This document shows positions 8,219 through 17,246 of a DNA stretch of 60,736 bases, piece by piece. The DNA comes from Candidatus Levybacteria bacterium RBG_16_35_11 (GTDB lineage Bacteria > Patescibacteriota > Microgenomatia > Levybacterales > UBA12049). A program made the translations under genes and the position numbers. Under the pieces are notes generated by a model. That model saw only the letters and a program-made list of their open reading frames with translations. It ran no database searches and was not told the origin of the DNA. The number at the start of each line of letters is the position of its first letter. Position 1 is the first letter of the stretch. The stretch lies in the NCBI GenBank assembly GCA_001781995.1, contig MFNH01000071.1, positions 1 to 60,736 on the forward strand, in the 5' to 3' direction.

Positions 8219-9580
8219 ATGGCTTACGCTCGGGCAAGAACCTTAACAATTGAGGCAATTGAAGCTAGTGGTAAGAAAATTACCGTTTATGGCTGGGTAA
8301 GACTAAGAAGGGATCATGGGAAGCTGATTTTTCTAGATATAAGAGACAGGACAGGTATAATCCAGGCGGTAGTTAATCCAAAAGTATCTCAAGAGGCATA
8401 TAAGACCGCTCAAACGCTAAGAGCAGAGGATGTGGTAGAAATAGCGGGAAAAGTTAACAAAAGGCCTGAATCAGCCGTAAAGGCAGAACTTGAGACAGGC
8501 ACGATTGAGCTTGAGGCAAGCTCAATAGAAATCATCTCCAAAGCAGAAACTCTTCCTTTTGACATGGGGGCAAATGAGCTTAATTTAGAGCTTCCAACTC
8601 TTTTAGACTACCGTTCAATAGCTCTAAGACATCCAAAAATTGCCGCAATATTTAAAATTCAAGAAACCATTACAGGGTCTTTTAGAAATACTCTAAAAAA
8701 AGAGGGATTTACGGAGATTTTCGTGCCTACAATTGTTCCATCTGCAACAGAAGGTGGGGCAGAAGTTTTTCCTCTTGATTATTACGATAAAAAGGCATAT
8801 CTAGCTCAGTCCCCTCAATTATATAAACAAATTATGGTCTCAATTTATGAACGAGTTTTCACAATAGCCCATGCTTATAGAGCAGAACCCTCAATTACAA
8901 CAAGACATTTATCAGAATATCTAAGTTTAGATGTGGAGTTTGGTTTCATAGATAATTTTGAAGAATTAATGGATATGGCAGAAAAAATTGTAGTTAATTT
9001 ATTAAAAGACGTTGAAGAAAAAAATAAAAAAGAATTATCACTTTTTGGGGCAAATATTCCAAAAATCAAAAGCAAAATCCCAAAAATGAAAATGAGAGAA
9101 GCTCAGGACCTAGTCTTTAAGATGACAGGAGTCGATCATAGAAGTGAACCAGATCTTGATCCTTCCGATGAAAAAGAATTATGTAAATGGGCAAATGAGA
9201 AATATGGTGCTCCCTTTGTGTTTGTGACCCATTACCCAACTTCAAAAAGACCATTTTATACTATGCCCGATTCAAGCAATCCAGAATATACATTAAGCTT
9301 TGATATGTTAGGCTTCACGGAAGAGTGGATTACAGGAGGACAGAGGATTAATGATTACAATATGCTTGTTGAGAACATGAAAAAAAGAAAAATTAACCCG
9401 TCTTTATTTGAGATTTATTTACAAGCTTTTAAGTATGGAATGCCGCCTGAGGGAGGGTTTGCCATGGGACTTGAAAGGATAACAAAAGACCTATTGGGTC
9501 TTTTAAATATTAGGGAAGCAAGTTTATTCCCCAGGGATATGGAAAGGGTAGACGAAAGACTGTCTAAAAGTGAAAAATAA
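8219..9580 (+). CDS. aspS: aspartate--tRNA ligase, short archaeal/eukaryote-type (no GAD insertion)
   Basis: N-terminal OB fold (GWVRLRRDHGKLIFLDIRDRTG), class II core, and C-terminus GGFAMGLERI; 453 aa. Confidence 0.85.
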   Translation: MAYARARTLTIEAIEASGKKITVYGWVRLRRDHGKLIFLDIRDRTGIIQAVVNPKVSQEAYKTAQTLRAEDVVEIAGKVNKRPESAVKAELETGTIELEASSIEIISKAETLPFDMGANELNLELPTLLDYRSIALRHPKIAAIFKIQETITGSFRNTLKKEGFTEIFVPTIVPSATEGGAEVFPLDYYDKKAYLAQSPQLYKQIMVSIYERVFTIAHAYRAEPSITTRHLSEYLSLDVEFGFIDNFEELMDMAEKIVVNLLKDVEEKNKKELSLFGANIPKIKSKIPKMKMREAQDLVFKMTGVDHRSEPDLDPSDEKELCKWANEKYGAPFVFVTHYPTSKRPFYTMPDSSNPEYTLSFDMLGFTEEWITGGQRINDYNMLVENMKKRKINPSLFEIYLQAFKYGMPPEGGFAMGLERITKDLLGLLNIREASLFPRDMERVDERLSKSEK

Positions 9581-10502
9581 GCTAAAAATTTCTGTTTATC
9601 TTGTAATCCCTCTATTACTTTTAGTAGTTTTTTTAGTTATATTCAGTCTAAATGCTTATATTAAACAGCAACTTTTAGAAAATAAAATACTTAAAAGTCC
9701 GTTTTCCTCATTAACTTTAGCAAAATACCCAGAGCTTAAAAATAAATTTACTCCAATAATCTCCGCAAAAGGCGTGGTCGTAATGGACAAAGATTCAAAG
9801 GTAGTTCTTTTTGACAAAAACCCCAATCTTAGATTTTCATCTGCCTCAACTACAAAAATTATGACTGCCTTAACTGCTCTTTCCGCCTTTAAACTAAATG
9901 ACATCTTAACTGTTAACCAATCAAATTTTGAAGGATCGGTGATTGGGCTAAAAAAGGGCGAAGAGATGACTTTTGAAAACTTATTGTTTGCAATGCTTCT
10001 TCCATCGGGAAATGACGCTGCTTTAACAATTGCCCAAAATTATCCAGGAGGAGAAATAGAGTTTATTAAAGAAATGAATAAAAACGCAGAAAAACTAAGC
10101 CTTAGCAATACTTATTATAGCGATCCGTCAGGACTGGATGAGGAAAATTATACAACCCCATTTGATCTTGCAAGGCTTGCATCTTTTTCCTTGGCAAATG
10201 AAGAGTTTAAAAGAGTTGTTGCAACTAAGGAAAAATTTATTTTTGACACTTCAGGTAATACTTTTAAGGTTGAAAATTTAAATAAACTTTTAGGTTACGA
10301 TGGAGTTAATGGTGTTAAAACAGGTTATACAGAAGAAGCAGGGGAAGTCTTAGTAACATCCAAATCCTATTTTGACAATTCAGAAAACAGAGAGAGAGAA
10401 ATAATTATAGTTGTAATGGGAAGTCAGGATAGGTTTTTTGATACGGAGAATTTACTAAATTTAGTTTCGGGAAACATTAGTTACTTAACCATTCATCCGT
10501 AA
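9570..10502 (+). CDS. D-alanyl-D-alanine carboxypeptidase (PBP5/6-type, peptidase S11)
   Basis: SxxK (SASTTK), SxN (SGND) and KTG (KTGYT) motifs, an N-terminal TM/signal, and a GTG start overlapping the aspS end. Confidence 0.85.
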   Translation: MKNKLKISVYLVIPLLLLVVFLVIFSLNAYIKQQLLENKILKSPFSSLTLAKYPELKNKFTPIISAKGVVVMDKDSKVVLFDKNPNLRFSSASTTKIMTALTALSAFKLNDILTVNQSNFEGSVIGLKKGEEMTFENLLFAMLLPSGNDAALTIAQNYPGGEIEFIKEMNKNAEKLSLSNTYYSDPSGLDEENYTTPFDLARLASFSLANEEFKRVVATKEKFIFDTSGNTFKVENLNKLLGYDGVNGVKTGYTEEAGEVLVTSKSYFDNSENREREIIIVVMGSQDRFFDTENLLNLVSGNISYLTIHP

Positions 10503-11523
10503 CAGCCGTAATGTAGGCTAAGAAATTATCGTTTCCAAAAAATACATATATTGGAGTTAAATACAGCTGTCTTTCATCTTCAATGTAATAACCCAATGAA
10601 ATTTTCTTAATGGAAATGTTTTTATCCTCTCCTTCGTAAGAAGCTATAAAAGCTTTACCTTGTTGTAATTCTTCGAATGCTTTATCTGCGGTTTTAATTG
10701 GATAGGTTTCTTTTTCATCCGAAATTTCCTGATGAGCAAATTTGCCCTGAATTATTTGAGCTTGAAAACTGCCTCCTGCGATCATAAACAACATCGGTGG
10801 TTCATTTGGATTTGAGTAGTAAATTGGTAGTTTGTTAACATCTTTTTGAAAAAATGAAACTTGGATCAATTGAGAATTGGAAAAACTTGAAGCAGGAGTG
10901 ATATTAGAATTTACAATCGAAAAAAGGTTTGTTTTTGTCTTTTCCTCATCTATGTCTTTTGGGTATGCGTCTAAGCTTTTTAAAAAATTTGCTGCTTTTG
11001 TGATTGCTTCCGTTGTGTCGGGAAGATTTTTGCCCGAAATTATATCTTGGTCCAAAAGATAAGATGAAGAGAGAGAAAAATCCAAACTAAAAATATCAAG
11101 AGAAATTGTTCGCGAAATAGAACTTTTATCGCTCCATTTATAAACATTTCCTCCGATTGGAATTGGTTGGGAATTAAATCCTAAAGCCTCTAACTTTTTT
11201 CTGGCATTAGTTAAAGCTAATAAATTTGCCTCATTTTCTTTAATCTTAAAGACACTAGCTCTGTCGGGGAAACTGGGCAGAGACCCTGTTAAAGTATCTA
11301 TGGCATAGGTTAGATTTTTTACTTCTGTTTGAGGAGGAAACTTAATTTGCAAAAGTTTCCCAAAACCGACTGTTGGTGGAGGTGGAGGTGGTGGAAAGAA
11401 AACTTTTTTTATTGTACCGCCAAGACCAAATACAATCCAGATTAAAATAATTGCACCAATTGCTATTCCTCCCCACTTTAAAATTGCCTTAGTTTCCCAA
11501 GCCACTTTATTTAAAGTGATCAT
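10477..11523 (-). CDS. membrane-anchored extracytoplasmic protein with a poly-Pro linker
   Basis: One N-terminal TM segment followed by PPPPPPPT. The start is moved to ATG 11523 because TTGCAT-18-TATACT (11530-11559) lies inside the track extension. Confidence 0.6.
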   Translation of the reverse strand: MITLNKVAWETKAILKWGGIAIGAIILIWIVFGLGGTIKKVFFPPPPPPPTVGFGKLLQIKFPPQTEVKNLTYAIDTLTGSLPSFPDRASVFKIKENEANLLALTNARKKLEALGFNSQPIPIGGNVYKWSDKSSISRTISLDIFSLDFSLSSSYLLDQDIISGKNLPDTTEAITKAANFLKSLDAYPKDIDEEKTKTNLFSIVNSNITPASSFSNSQLIQVSFFQKDVNKLPIYYSNPNEPPMLFMIAGGSFQAQIIQGKFAHQEISDEKETYPIKTADKAFEELQQGKAFIASYEGEDKNISIKKISLGYYIEDERQLYLTPIYVFFGNDNFLAYITAVTDEWLSN

Positions 11524-11591
11524 GTATTGAGTATAGGAAAAGATTAGGATACAATGCAAGAGACGCCTCAAATTTATCGCGTTTTAGCTAT

Positions 11592-12833
11592 ATGGTAAAA
11601 GTAAGATTTGCTCCCAGCCCAACAGGAATAATTCACATTGGAGGGATAAGAACTGCATTATACAATTTTTTATTTGCAAGGCACAGTAGCGGTGAATTTG
11701 TTTTAAGAATTGAAGATACAGATAGAAAAAGGATAGTTTCCGAAGCAGAAGATTCAATATTTGAAAGTCTTTCCTGGCTGGGTTTAAATTACGATGGAAA
11801 AGTAGAGCGCCAGTCACAAAGGCTTGAAATATATAAAAAGCATCTTCAAATTCTTAAGGAAAAAGACTTAGTCTATGAGAAAGATAAGGCATTTTATTTT
11901 AAAATGCCAAAAGAGGGAGAGACAAGCTGGGTGGATGGGATAAATAATAAGAAAATTGTTTTTAAAAATGAAAACCAGGAGGATTTTGTTTTAATTAAGT
12001 CAGATTCATATCCTACATATAATTTTGCAAACGTTGTCGATGACCATTTAATGAAAATTACTCATGTAATAAGAGGAATGGAATTTATTTCCTCAACCCC
12101 AAAGCACATCCAACTTTACAATGCCTTTAACTGGGATTTGCCGGTATTTGTTCATTTGCCGGTAATACTTGGGGCTGAAAAAGGAAAACTTTCAAAAAGG
12201 GAAGGGGCAAAGTCAATCCTTAATTACAGGGAAGATGGATATTTAAAAGAAGGTCTTCTTAATTTTGTTGCTCTTTTGGGTTGGACTCCCAAAAAAGATA
12301 AAGAAATTCTATCCATTTCAGAAATGCTTAAGCTTTTTAACTTAGAAGACATTAATAACGCAAACCCAAAGCTTGATGAAAAAAAATTAAATTGGCTAAA
12401 TGGGGTTTGGATTAGAAAATTAGCAGAAGAGAAAAAACTGGAAGAATTGCTTTTTTATAAATATCAAAAAGATGAAAAAGTAAGTTGGGTTTTTAAAAAC
12501 CCTCATAAAGATTTAATTATCCAGTCAGCAGCCTCAAGAATGAGGACTTTAAATGATTTTGAAAATTTAGTATCAAATTTGGGAAAAGCAAAGTTTCAGG
12601 GAGACGATAAGAAAATTACCTCAGATCTTATCTCCTTTTTAGAATCGGAAAAATGGGAGGAAGAGAATTTTATTGAAGTTTTAAGAAAATTCAATAAAGA
12701 AAGAGGGGTTGATTTTAAAAAAATTTATTTTCTTTTATCAGGAAAAAAAGAAGGTTTGCCCCTTCCCAATCTTTTAAAAATCCTCGGGGGGAAAGCTGCC
12801 TTTTTAAAAAATCTTAAAGATAATATTAAATGA
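11592..12833 (+). CDS. gltX: glutamate--tRNA ligase (compact, 413 aa)
   Basis: RFAPSPTG..HIGG (HIGH motif), RIEDTD and KLSKR (KMSKS motif). Confidence 0.9.
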   Translation: MVKVRFAPSPTGIIHIGGIRTALYNFLFARHSSGEFVLRIEDTDRKRIVSEAEDSIFESLSWLGLNYDGKVERQSQRLEIYKKHLQILKEKDLVYEKDKAFYFKMPKEGETSWVDGINNKKIVFKNENQEDFVLIKSDSYPTYNFANVVDDHLMKITHVIRGMEFISSTPKHIQLYNAFNWDLPVFVHLPVILGAEKGKLSKREGAKSILNYREDGYLKEGLLNFVALLGWTPKKDKEILSISEMLKLFNLEDINNANPKLDEKKLNWLNGVWIRKLAEEKKLEELLFYKYQKDEKVSWVFKNPHKDLIIQSAASRMRTLNDFENLVSNLGKAKFQGDDKKITSDLISFLESEKWEEENFIEVLRKFNKERGVDFKKIYFLLSGKKEGLPLPNLLKILGGKAAFLKNLKDNIK

Positions 12834-13423
12834 AAAGAGAATTTCTTGCCCAATTTGTTTCTCTTGCCTTAGGTCCTTTAACCTTTCTTGTTCTAATGCC
12901 GCTAATTATAGTTTATCGGCAGACCGGAAATTTAGGTTATGCACTGACCTGGGAATTATTTTCTTTATTTTTTATAACAGTTGGAGTAGCTCTTCTTTTT
13001 ATTGGCAGAGGACAGGGTGTTTTTTCTGACTTTGATCTAAGTATTAAAGCGGAGCGGCAAAAGTTTTACCACAGAGTTTTAATTCTTGCCCTTATCTACT
13101 TTATTGCGACAGCCTTAATTAAAGGATTGTTTTTTCACCTAACCGTAGTAATATTTTCAACTCTTTTAATTATAGTTGCTTTTACAGTTGCTAATAATTT
13201 TATAAAAGCAAGTATTCATTTAGGTATTGTTTGTGCATTTGTTTTTTCAATGGGACTCTTCTTTGGTCCATACGTTTTTATTTGGTTATTTTTCTTAATT
13301 CCACTTATGGCTTGGTCAAGATTTAAATTAAAAAAACATACATTAAAAGAAATGCTTACCGGAGGTCTTTTAGGAACAGCAATTACACTTTTTTCTTTTT
13401 TTAGTTGGAAATTTTTAATATAA
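12830..13423 (+). CDS. polytopic membrane protein, possibly a PAP2-like lipid phosphatase
   Basis: About 6 TM segments. SRFKLKKHTLKE resembles the PAP2 SRx5Hx3D/E motif and KASIH resembles the SxH motif. ATGA overlap with gltX. Confidence 0.4.
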   Translation: MKREFLAQFVSLALGPLTFLVLMPLIIVYRQTGNLGYALTWELFSLFFITVGVALLFIGRGQGVFSDFDLSIKAERQKFYHRVLILALIYFIATALIKGLFFHLTVVIFSTLLIIVAFTVANNFIKASIHLGIVCAFVFSMGLFFGPYVFIWLFFLIPLMAWSRFKLKKHTLKEMLTGGLLGTAITLFSFFSWKFLI

Positions 13424-13431
13424 TATAAGAT

Positions 13432-13800
13432 ATGTATAAATCTAATAACCTAGGAGATTCTTTTAAATACGCCTTTAGGGGAATAGGGTTTGCCTTAAGA
13501 TATAACAGGAATTTGAGAGTCCATTTCTTAATTGCTTTTTTCGTTATTATTGCCAGCATTTTTTTTAGAGTTAATGCCTTTGAAATGGGAATCTTGGGAG
13601 TTATGATTCTTGTGGTTATATCTTCCGAAATGATTAATACAACAATTGAAGAAATGACGGATCTAATTACAAAAGAGCACAAAGAGGAAGCAAAAATTGC
13701 AAAAGATGTAGCTGCTGGAATGGTTTTAGTTTCGGCAATTGGTTCAATAATTGTTGGAATCCTTATCTTCGTCCCTCATATTTTAAAACTTTTAAGGTAG
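13432..13800 (+). CDS. dgkA: diacylglycerol/undecaprenol kinase
   Basis: 122 aa, 3 TM segments, and the EMINTTIEEM and AKDVAAGMVL motifs of the DgkA family. Confidence 0.85.
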   Translation: MYKSNNLGDSFKYAFRGIGFALRYNRNLRVHFLIAFFVIIASIFFRVNAFEMGILGVMILVVISSEMINTTIEEMTDLITKEHKEEAKIAKDVAAGMVLVSAIGSIIVGILIFVPHILKLLR

Positions 13801-13961
13801 GAATTTCTTGATTTTGCAAAAATTGAGAGTGAAACTCTTACCCTACTCTTACATTCTTTAGCTTGTTTTTTAACCCATGGTTCCTATATTAAACTTGAGT
13901 TTAAAGATGTGGGGATATATTAAACTACCTTTGAACGTCTTAACTCATGTGGCTAGGGGTT

Positions 13962-14009
13962 CTAACGCTTTTCAATAGCATAAAAGACTATAGGAAAGCG
14001 TTAGTTTTT
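13962..14009 (+). terminator. hairpin plus T-run downstream of dgkA (possible intrinsic terminator)
   Basis: Perfect 10-bp stem ctaacgcttt / aaagcgttag, followed by ttttt. The 23-nt loop is atypically large. Confidence 0.35.
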
Positions 14010-14043
14010 CTATATGGGCTATAGCCCTGAGCTTGTCGAAGGG

Positions 14044-14073
14044 TTGACAAAATTTCAGCAAAAAGGGTAGTAT
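14044..14073 (+). promoter_or_regulatory. promoter TTGACA-18nt-TAGTAT
   Basis: TTGACA at 14044-14049 and TAGTAT at 14068-14073; the ATG at 14084 is 10 nt downstream. Confidence 0.45.
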
Positions 14074-14083
14074 AGAACATACC

Positions 14084-14452
14084 ATGCCCGAAGTTACTCA
14101 GACGCCAACACCAGCACCTACTCCAAACGTGGTTCCACCAGTTCCTCCACCCGTAGACTCAACGCCCACAAAGTCGAATAAAATGTTTATCTATATTGTA
14201 GTTGCGGTTGTTATTCTTCTTTTAATTGTAATGGGATATAGGTTTCTTGGTAAAACCTCAACCAAAAGCAATCAAGCAGCAAATATTTCCGCAACTGCTA
14301 CCCCAACGCCAAATGTCGACTTACCAACCAATAATAATGATGAACAGTTAAATAAAGATGTTCAGACAATAGATACGCAGACAACAAACTTAGACAGCGA
14401 CTTAAATGGTATTGATCAGGGCCTTAATGACCAGGCAATGAATCTAGATTAA
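14084..14452 (+). CDS. Pro/Thr-rich single-pass membrane protein
   Basis: PTP-rich N-terminus, one TM segment (FIYIVVAVVILLLIVMGY), and a polar tail. Confidence 0.55.
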   Translation: MPEVTQTPTPAPTPNVVPPVPPPVDSTPTKSNKMFIYIVVAVVILLLIVMGYRFLGKTSTKSNQAANISATATPTPNVDLPTNNNDEQLNKDVQTIDTQTTNLDSDLNGIDQGLNDQAMNLD

Positions 14453-14453
14453 T

Positions 14454-15263
14454 ATGAAAAAGATAATTGCGCTTTTTATACTTTTTATTTTCTTTTTTCA
14501 GGTAAAAAGTGTGGCGGCATTACAACCAAACAATGCGGCAAGGACACTAAAAAATGAAAATGCTGCTTCCAAAAGTGCGCCAACAGCCCAAAGGCTAAAA
14601 AATTTTACTACCATAACTCCTTCGGAAAATAAGGTTGAAAATCTAAAACAAAGAGCGGATAAAGAAATAGAAAGAAGAATAACATCACTAAACCGCCTAA
14701 TAGATAAAATTAATGGACTTAAAAAAATATCCGATTCACAAAAGGCAATTTTTATAAAACAAATTCAGGATGAGATAACAAGCCTTACTAACCTTAAAGC
14801 AAAAATAGATGCGGATACGGATTTAGCAACCTTAAAAACAGATGTTCAATCAATTGTTAAATCATACAGAGTCTATCTTTTGTTTATCCCCAAAATAAAT
14901 GTTTTAGTTGCTGCCGACACATTAGATACCATTGCCGATAAGTTAGATGCGCTTGCAGCAAAACTTGAATTAAGAATAAATACAGCAGGAGACGTTGATG
15001 TAACAAAACTAAAGACAACATTAGATGATATGAAAGCAAAAATAGCCGATATTAGGATTCAGGCTCAAAAAGCAAGGGATGCTGTAACGTCCCTAACGCC
15101 GGAAGGATATCCAGGGAATAAAGGAATTTTACAAGAGGGGAGACAATATATTGTTGCAGGTAAAAAAGATGTTAGAGATGCAAGACAAGATGCAATTATA
15201 ATAATTCAGGGATTAAAAGGAATTATAAATACCAAAACTAGCACTGAATCAGCTACTCCTTAA
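14454..15263 (+). CDS. secreted coiled-coil protein
   Basis: Signal peptide (MKKIIALFILFIFFFQVKSVAA) followed by a heptad-like helical sequence. Confidence 0.6.
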   Translation: MKKIIALFILFIFFFQVKSVAALQPNNAARTLKNENAASKSAPTAQRLKNFTTITPSENKVENLKQRADKEIERRITSLNRLIDKINGLKKISDSQKAIFIKQIQDEITSLTNLKAKIDADTDLATLKTDVQSIVKSYRVYLLFIPKINVLVAADTLDTIADKLDALAAKLELRINTAGDVDVTKLKTTLDDMKAKIADIRIQAQKARDAVTSLTPEGYPGNKGILQEGRQYIVAGKKDVRDARQDAIIIIQGLKGIINTKTSTESATP

Positions 15264-15314
15264 TCTATAACAAAGATCTACTCACTATTTTGCGCTTAAG
15301 ACCATGTGATCTCT

Positions 15315-15854
15315 TTACCTCACAACAATAGGTAAAGGATAAATTCTATATTCAACCATGTCTAATACTTTCCCAGAGGCATTTTTCTTTTTAAATTCAT
15401 TCTTTGTAACCCCTCCTAAAAACTCGGCAATTTTCCTGCTTGCAAGGTTTCTTTTATCAACTGGATACATAATGTATTTATACTTATAGTTTTTATCCAC
15501 CCATTCTTTTAATGCTTTAACAGCTTCTCTTCCATACTTTTTCCCATGAGCTTCCTTTTTAATCCAAATACCTGGCTCTGGAGTGTTTGTATCTAATTTA
15601 GTGACTCCACCGTGTCCTATAAATTCCCCTGTTGTTCTATGAAAAATGGCGACCTGTAATTGTTCTCCTTTTTCCATTTTTTCCCTTGAAAGCTTAATAA
15701 AGGATAATGTTTCATCAATCTTTTTAGGGAATTTAGGATACATAAAAGTAGTTATTTCTTCTGTAAACTCTCTAAAAATATCTTCAGCGAACTTTTCGCT
15801 TGTTGGAATAAGTTTTAATCTTTCAGTTTCTATTAAAACATTTAACAAATTCAT
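15315..15854 (-). CDS. GNAT family N-acetyltransferase (RimJ/RimL-like)
   Basis: Typical RimJ-like N-terminus (ETERLKLIP) and core (HGKKYGREAVKAL). An extended -10 TGATATAAT at 15864-15872 lies 9 nt upstream. Confidence 0.75.
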   Translation of the reverse strand: MNLLNVLIETERLKLIPTSEKFAEDIFREFTEEITTFMYPKFPKKIDETLSFIKLSREKMEKGEQLQVAIFHRTTGEFIGHGGVTKLDTNTPEPGIWIKKEAHGKKYGREAVKALKEWVDKNYKYKYIMYPVDKRNLASRKIAEFLGGVTKNEFKKKNASGKVLDMVEYRIYPLPIVVR

Positions 15855-15934
15855 ATTGGGGTGATTATATCACTTTGAGGCTAATCCGAAGCTGAGTATG
15901 CAGGTCTAGAACATTATGAGTCTATTACCAATTA

Positions 15935-16588
15935 TTAAAGTAGTATCCTATCAATTCGTTCTACGATAATTTCTGCTATTTCAATCAGTTGATAGTAAAT
16001 TACCGGATAGTCACCAGCAACACGCATTGAATGCAGTTCTTTTATGTAAGCGTCAAAGAACTTTTCTTCGGTGAGAACGCTTTCATTTTCTGGATGGCTT
16101 CCGCCAAGTAAATTAGCAGTGCGTTTTATCAGTATTTCTCTGGTAATCCCTATCCGTCTATTATCATCGTCTGTGGTATAAAGTACCTCTGAGTTAAGCC
16201 ACTGGCTAAATGTTAGATTAGTTGACTTCTCTTTTAACGGTCCCGCTAGATATAGTTCTTTTATTTCCTCCGCTGATAAGGCTCTATTTATTATGCACAA
16301 GTCCTTAATTTGAACTCCTTGTTGGGGATTTTCTCTTTTAGAAACTAGAGGAATTTCAAAATATTTCGAACCTTTTAGAATTTTTTTAATTTTATTATTT
16401 TTGTTTATATTTGGCCACTCAACTAAAAGCTGATTGTCTCTTATTAGATTATCTATCAGGCCTTTCTGTTCAGATATTACTCTTAAACCATGAGCAAGGT
16501 CAAGAAAGGCAACTGCATCACCATTTTTTGCTTGAGATAAATGCCTCTTCAATCTTTCTACTTGTATTTTTATGTTGTTTTTATCCAT
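15935..16588 (-). CDS. hypothetical protein (217 aa) with an isolated LamG_3-like terminal-strand motif
   Basis: Intact ORF. IKDLCIINRALSAEEIKELY resembles the C-terminal strand of Laminin_G_3 domains; the rest is predicted helical. Confidence 0.5.
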   Translation of the reverse strand: MDKNNIKIQVERLKRHLSQAKNGDAVAFLDLAHGLRVISEQKGLIDNLIRDNQLLVEWPNINKNNKIKKILKGSKYFEIPLVSKRENPQQGVQIKDLCIINRALSAEEIKELYLAGPLKEKSTNLTFSQWLNSEVLYTTDDDNRRIGITREILIKRTANLLGGSHPENESVLTEEKFFDAYIKELHSMRVAGDYPVIYYQLIEIAEIIVERIDRILL

Positions 16589-16683
16589 AGTTTGGAAAAG
16601 TCGAACAAAAAGTCTAAAGAATGCTCAGCTTAGTTGAATATATTGGTTAAAACCTGTTCAGTCGTTATAGTTATTTTTTAATT

Positions 16684-17139
16684 TTACTCCCATTTTCTAA
16701 CATATTTTAAAATTGAATCTTCAATAATCTTAGCTTCTCTCTGGAGATTTCCTGCAAATTTTATGTCCTCTACCGTCGGGTTTTTGTTTTCGTATGGACC
16801 AGGTGTTTGCCTCATAGCACATAAAACCCACAATCCTAAATATGCTCTTAAGCTATCTGCTATAGATTTATCAAGGCCTTCAATTTGCGCAGAAACTAAC
16901 TGCACATGCCTTTGACTTCCTGGCATTACATTATACGCAACAGATGAACCCTCAGTACAGATTTCAATAACTTGACTTGCAAGCTTTCGCTTCTTTTTCC
17001 TTTTTGTCTCCTTTTCTTTAAAATAATCGTCTATTAATCGATTGCAAAATTTTGTTATCAGAGCAAGTACTACTCCAACAATTCCACCAGCGAGAAAAAA
17101 ATAAATATTTATGGTTGTGAAAAAGTTATTAACAGTCAT
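16684..17139 (-). CDS. hypothetical single-pass membrane protein (151 aa)
   Basis: N-terminal TM segment (IYFFLAGGIVGVVLALI), a KRKKKRK stretch, and a helical cytoplasmic domain. The start is 36 nt downstream of tRNA-Gln. Confidence 0.5.
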   Translation of the reverse strand: MTVNNFFTTINIYFFLAGGIVGVVLALITKFCNRLIDDYFKEKETKRKKKRKLASQVIEICTEGSSVAYNVMPGSQRHVQLVSAQIEGLDKSIADSLRAYLGLWVLCAMRQTPGPYENKNPTVEDIKFAGNLQREAKIIEDSILKYVRKWE

Positions 17140-17175
17140 TTGTTATGCAACTCTTGTTACTAGCGCCCGTACTTG

Positions 17176-17246
17176 CTGCTGGGCATGGATTCGGACCATG
17201 ATACTCGGATTCAGAGTCCGAGGTCCTACCGTTAGACGACCCAGCA
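17176..17246 (-). tRNA. tRNA-Gln (anticodon CUG)
   Basis: Hand-folded cloverleaf: TGCTGGG-TC-GTCT-AACGGTA-GGAC-C-TCGGA-CTCTGAA-TCCGA-GTAT-CATGG-TCCGAAT-CCATG-CCCAGCA-G. CCA is not encoded. Confidence 0.9.

Noticed and set aside
13801-13830. Possible third case of a displaced gene end: taggaatttcttgattttg, compared with the dgkA 3' end ggaatccttatcttcg
   Set aside because: Only about 12/17 positions match in low-complexity AT-rich sequence, which is indistinguishable from chance by eye.
15935-16588. HEPN-like RNase motif in the 217-aa protein (KRTANLLGGSH)
   Set aside because: The spacing is R-x8-H rather than the R-x4-6-H of HEPN domains, and there is no other supporting feature.
15855-16683. 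att-like direct repeat of the tRNA-Gln 3' half that would delimit an island (likewise 35888-35919 for tRNA-Glu)
   Set aside because: Visual comparison of the tRNA 3' halves with the candidate distal intergenic regions found no convincing match. Island status is therefore left as a hypothesis only.
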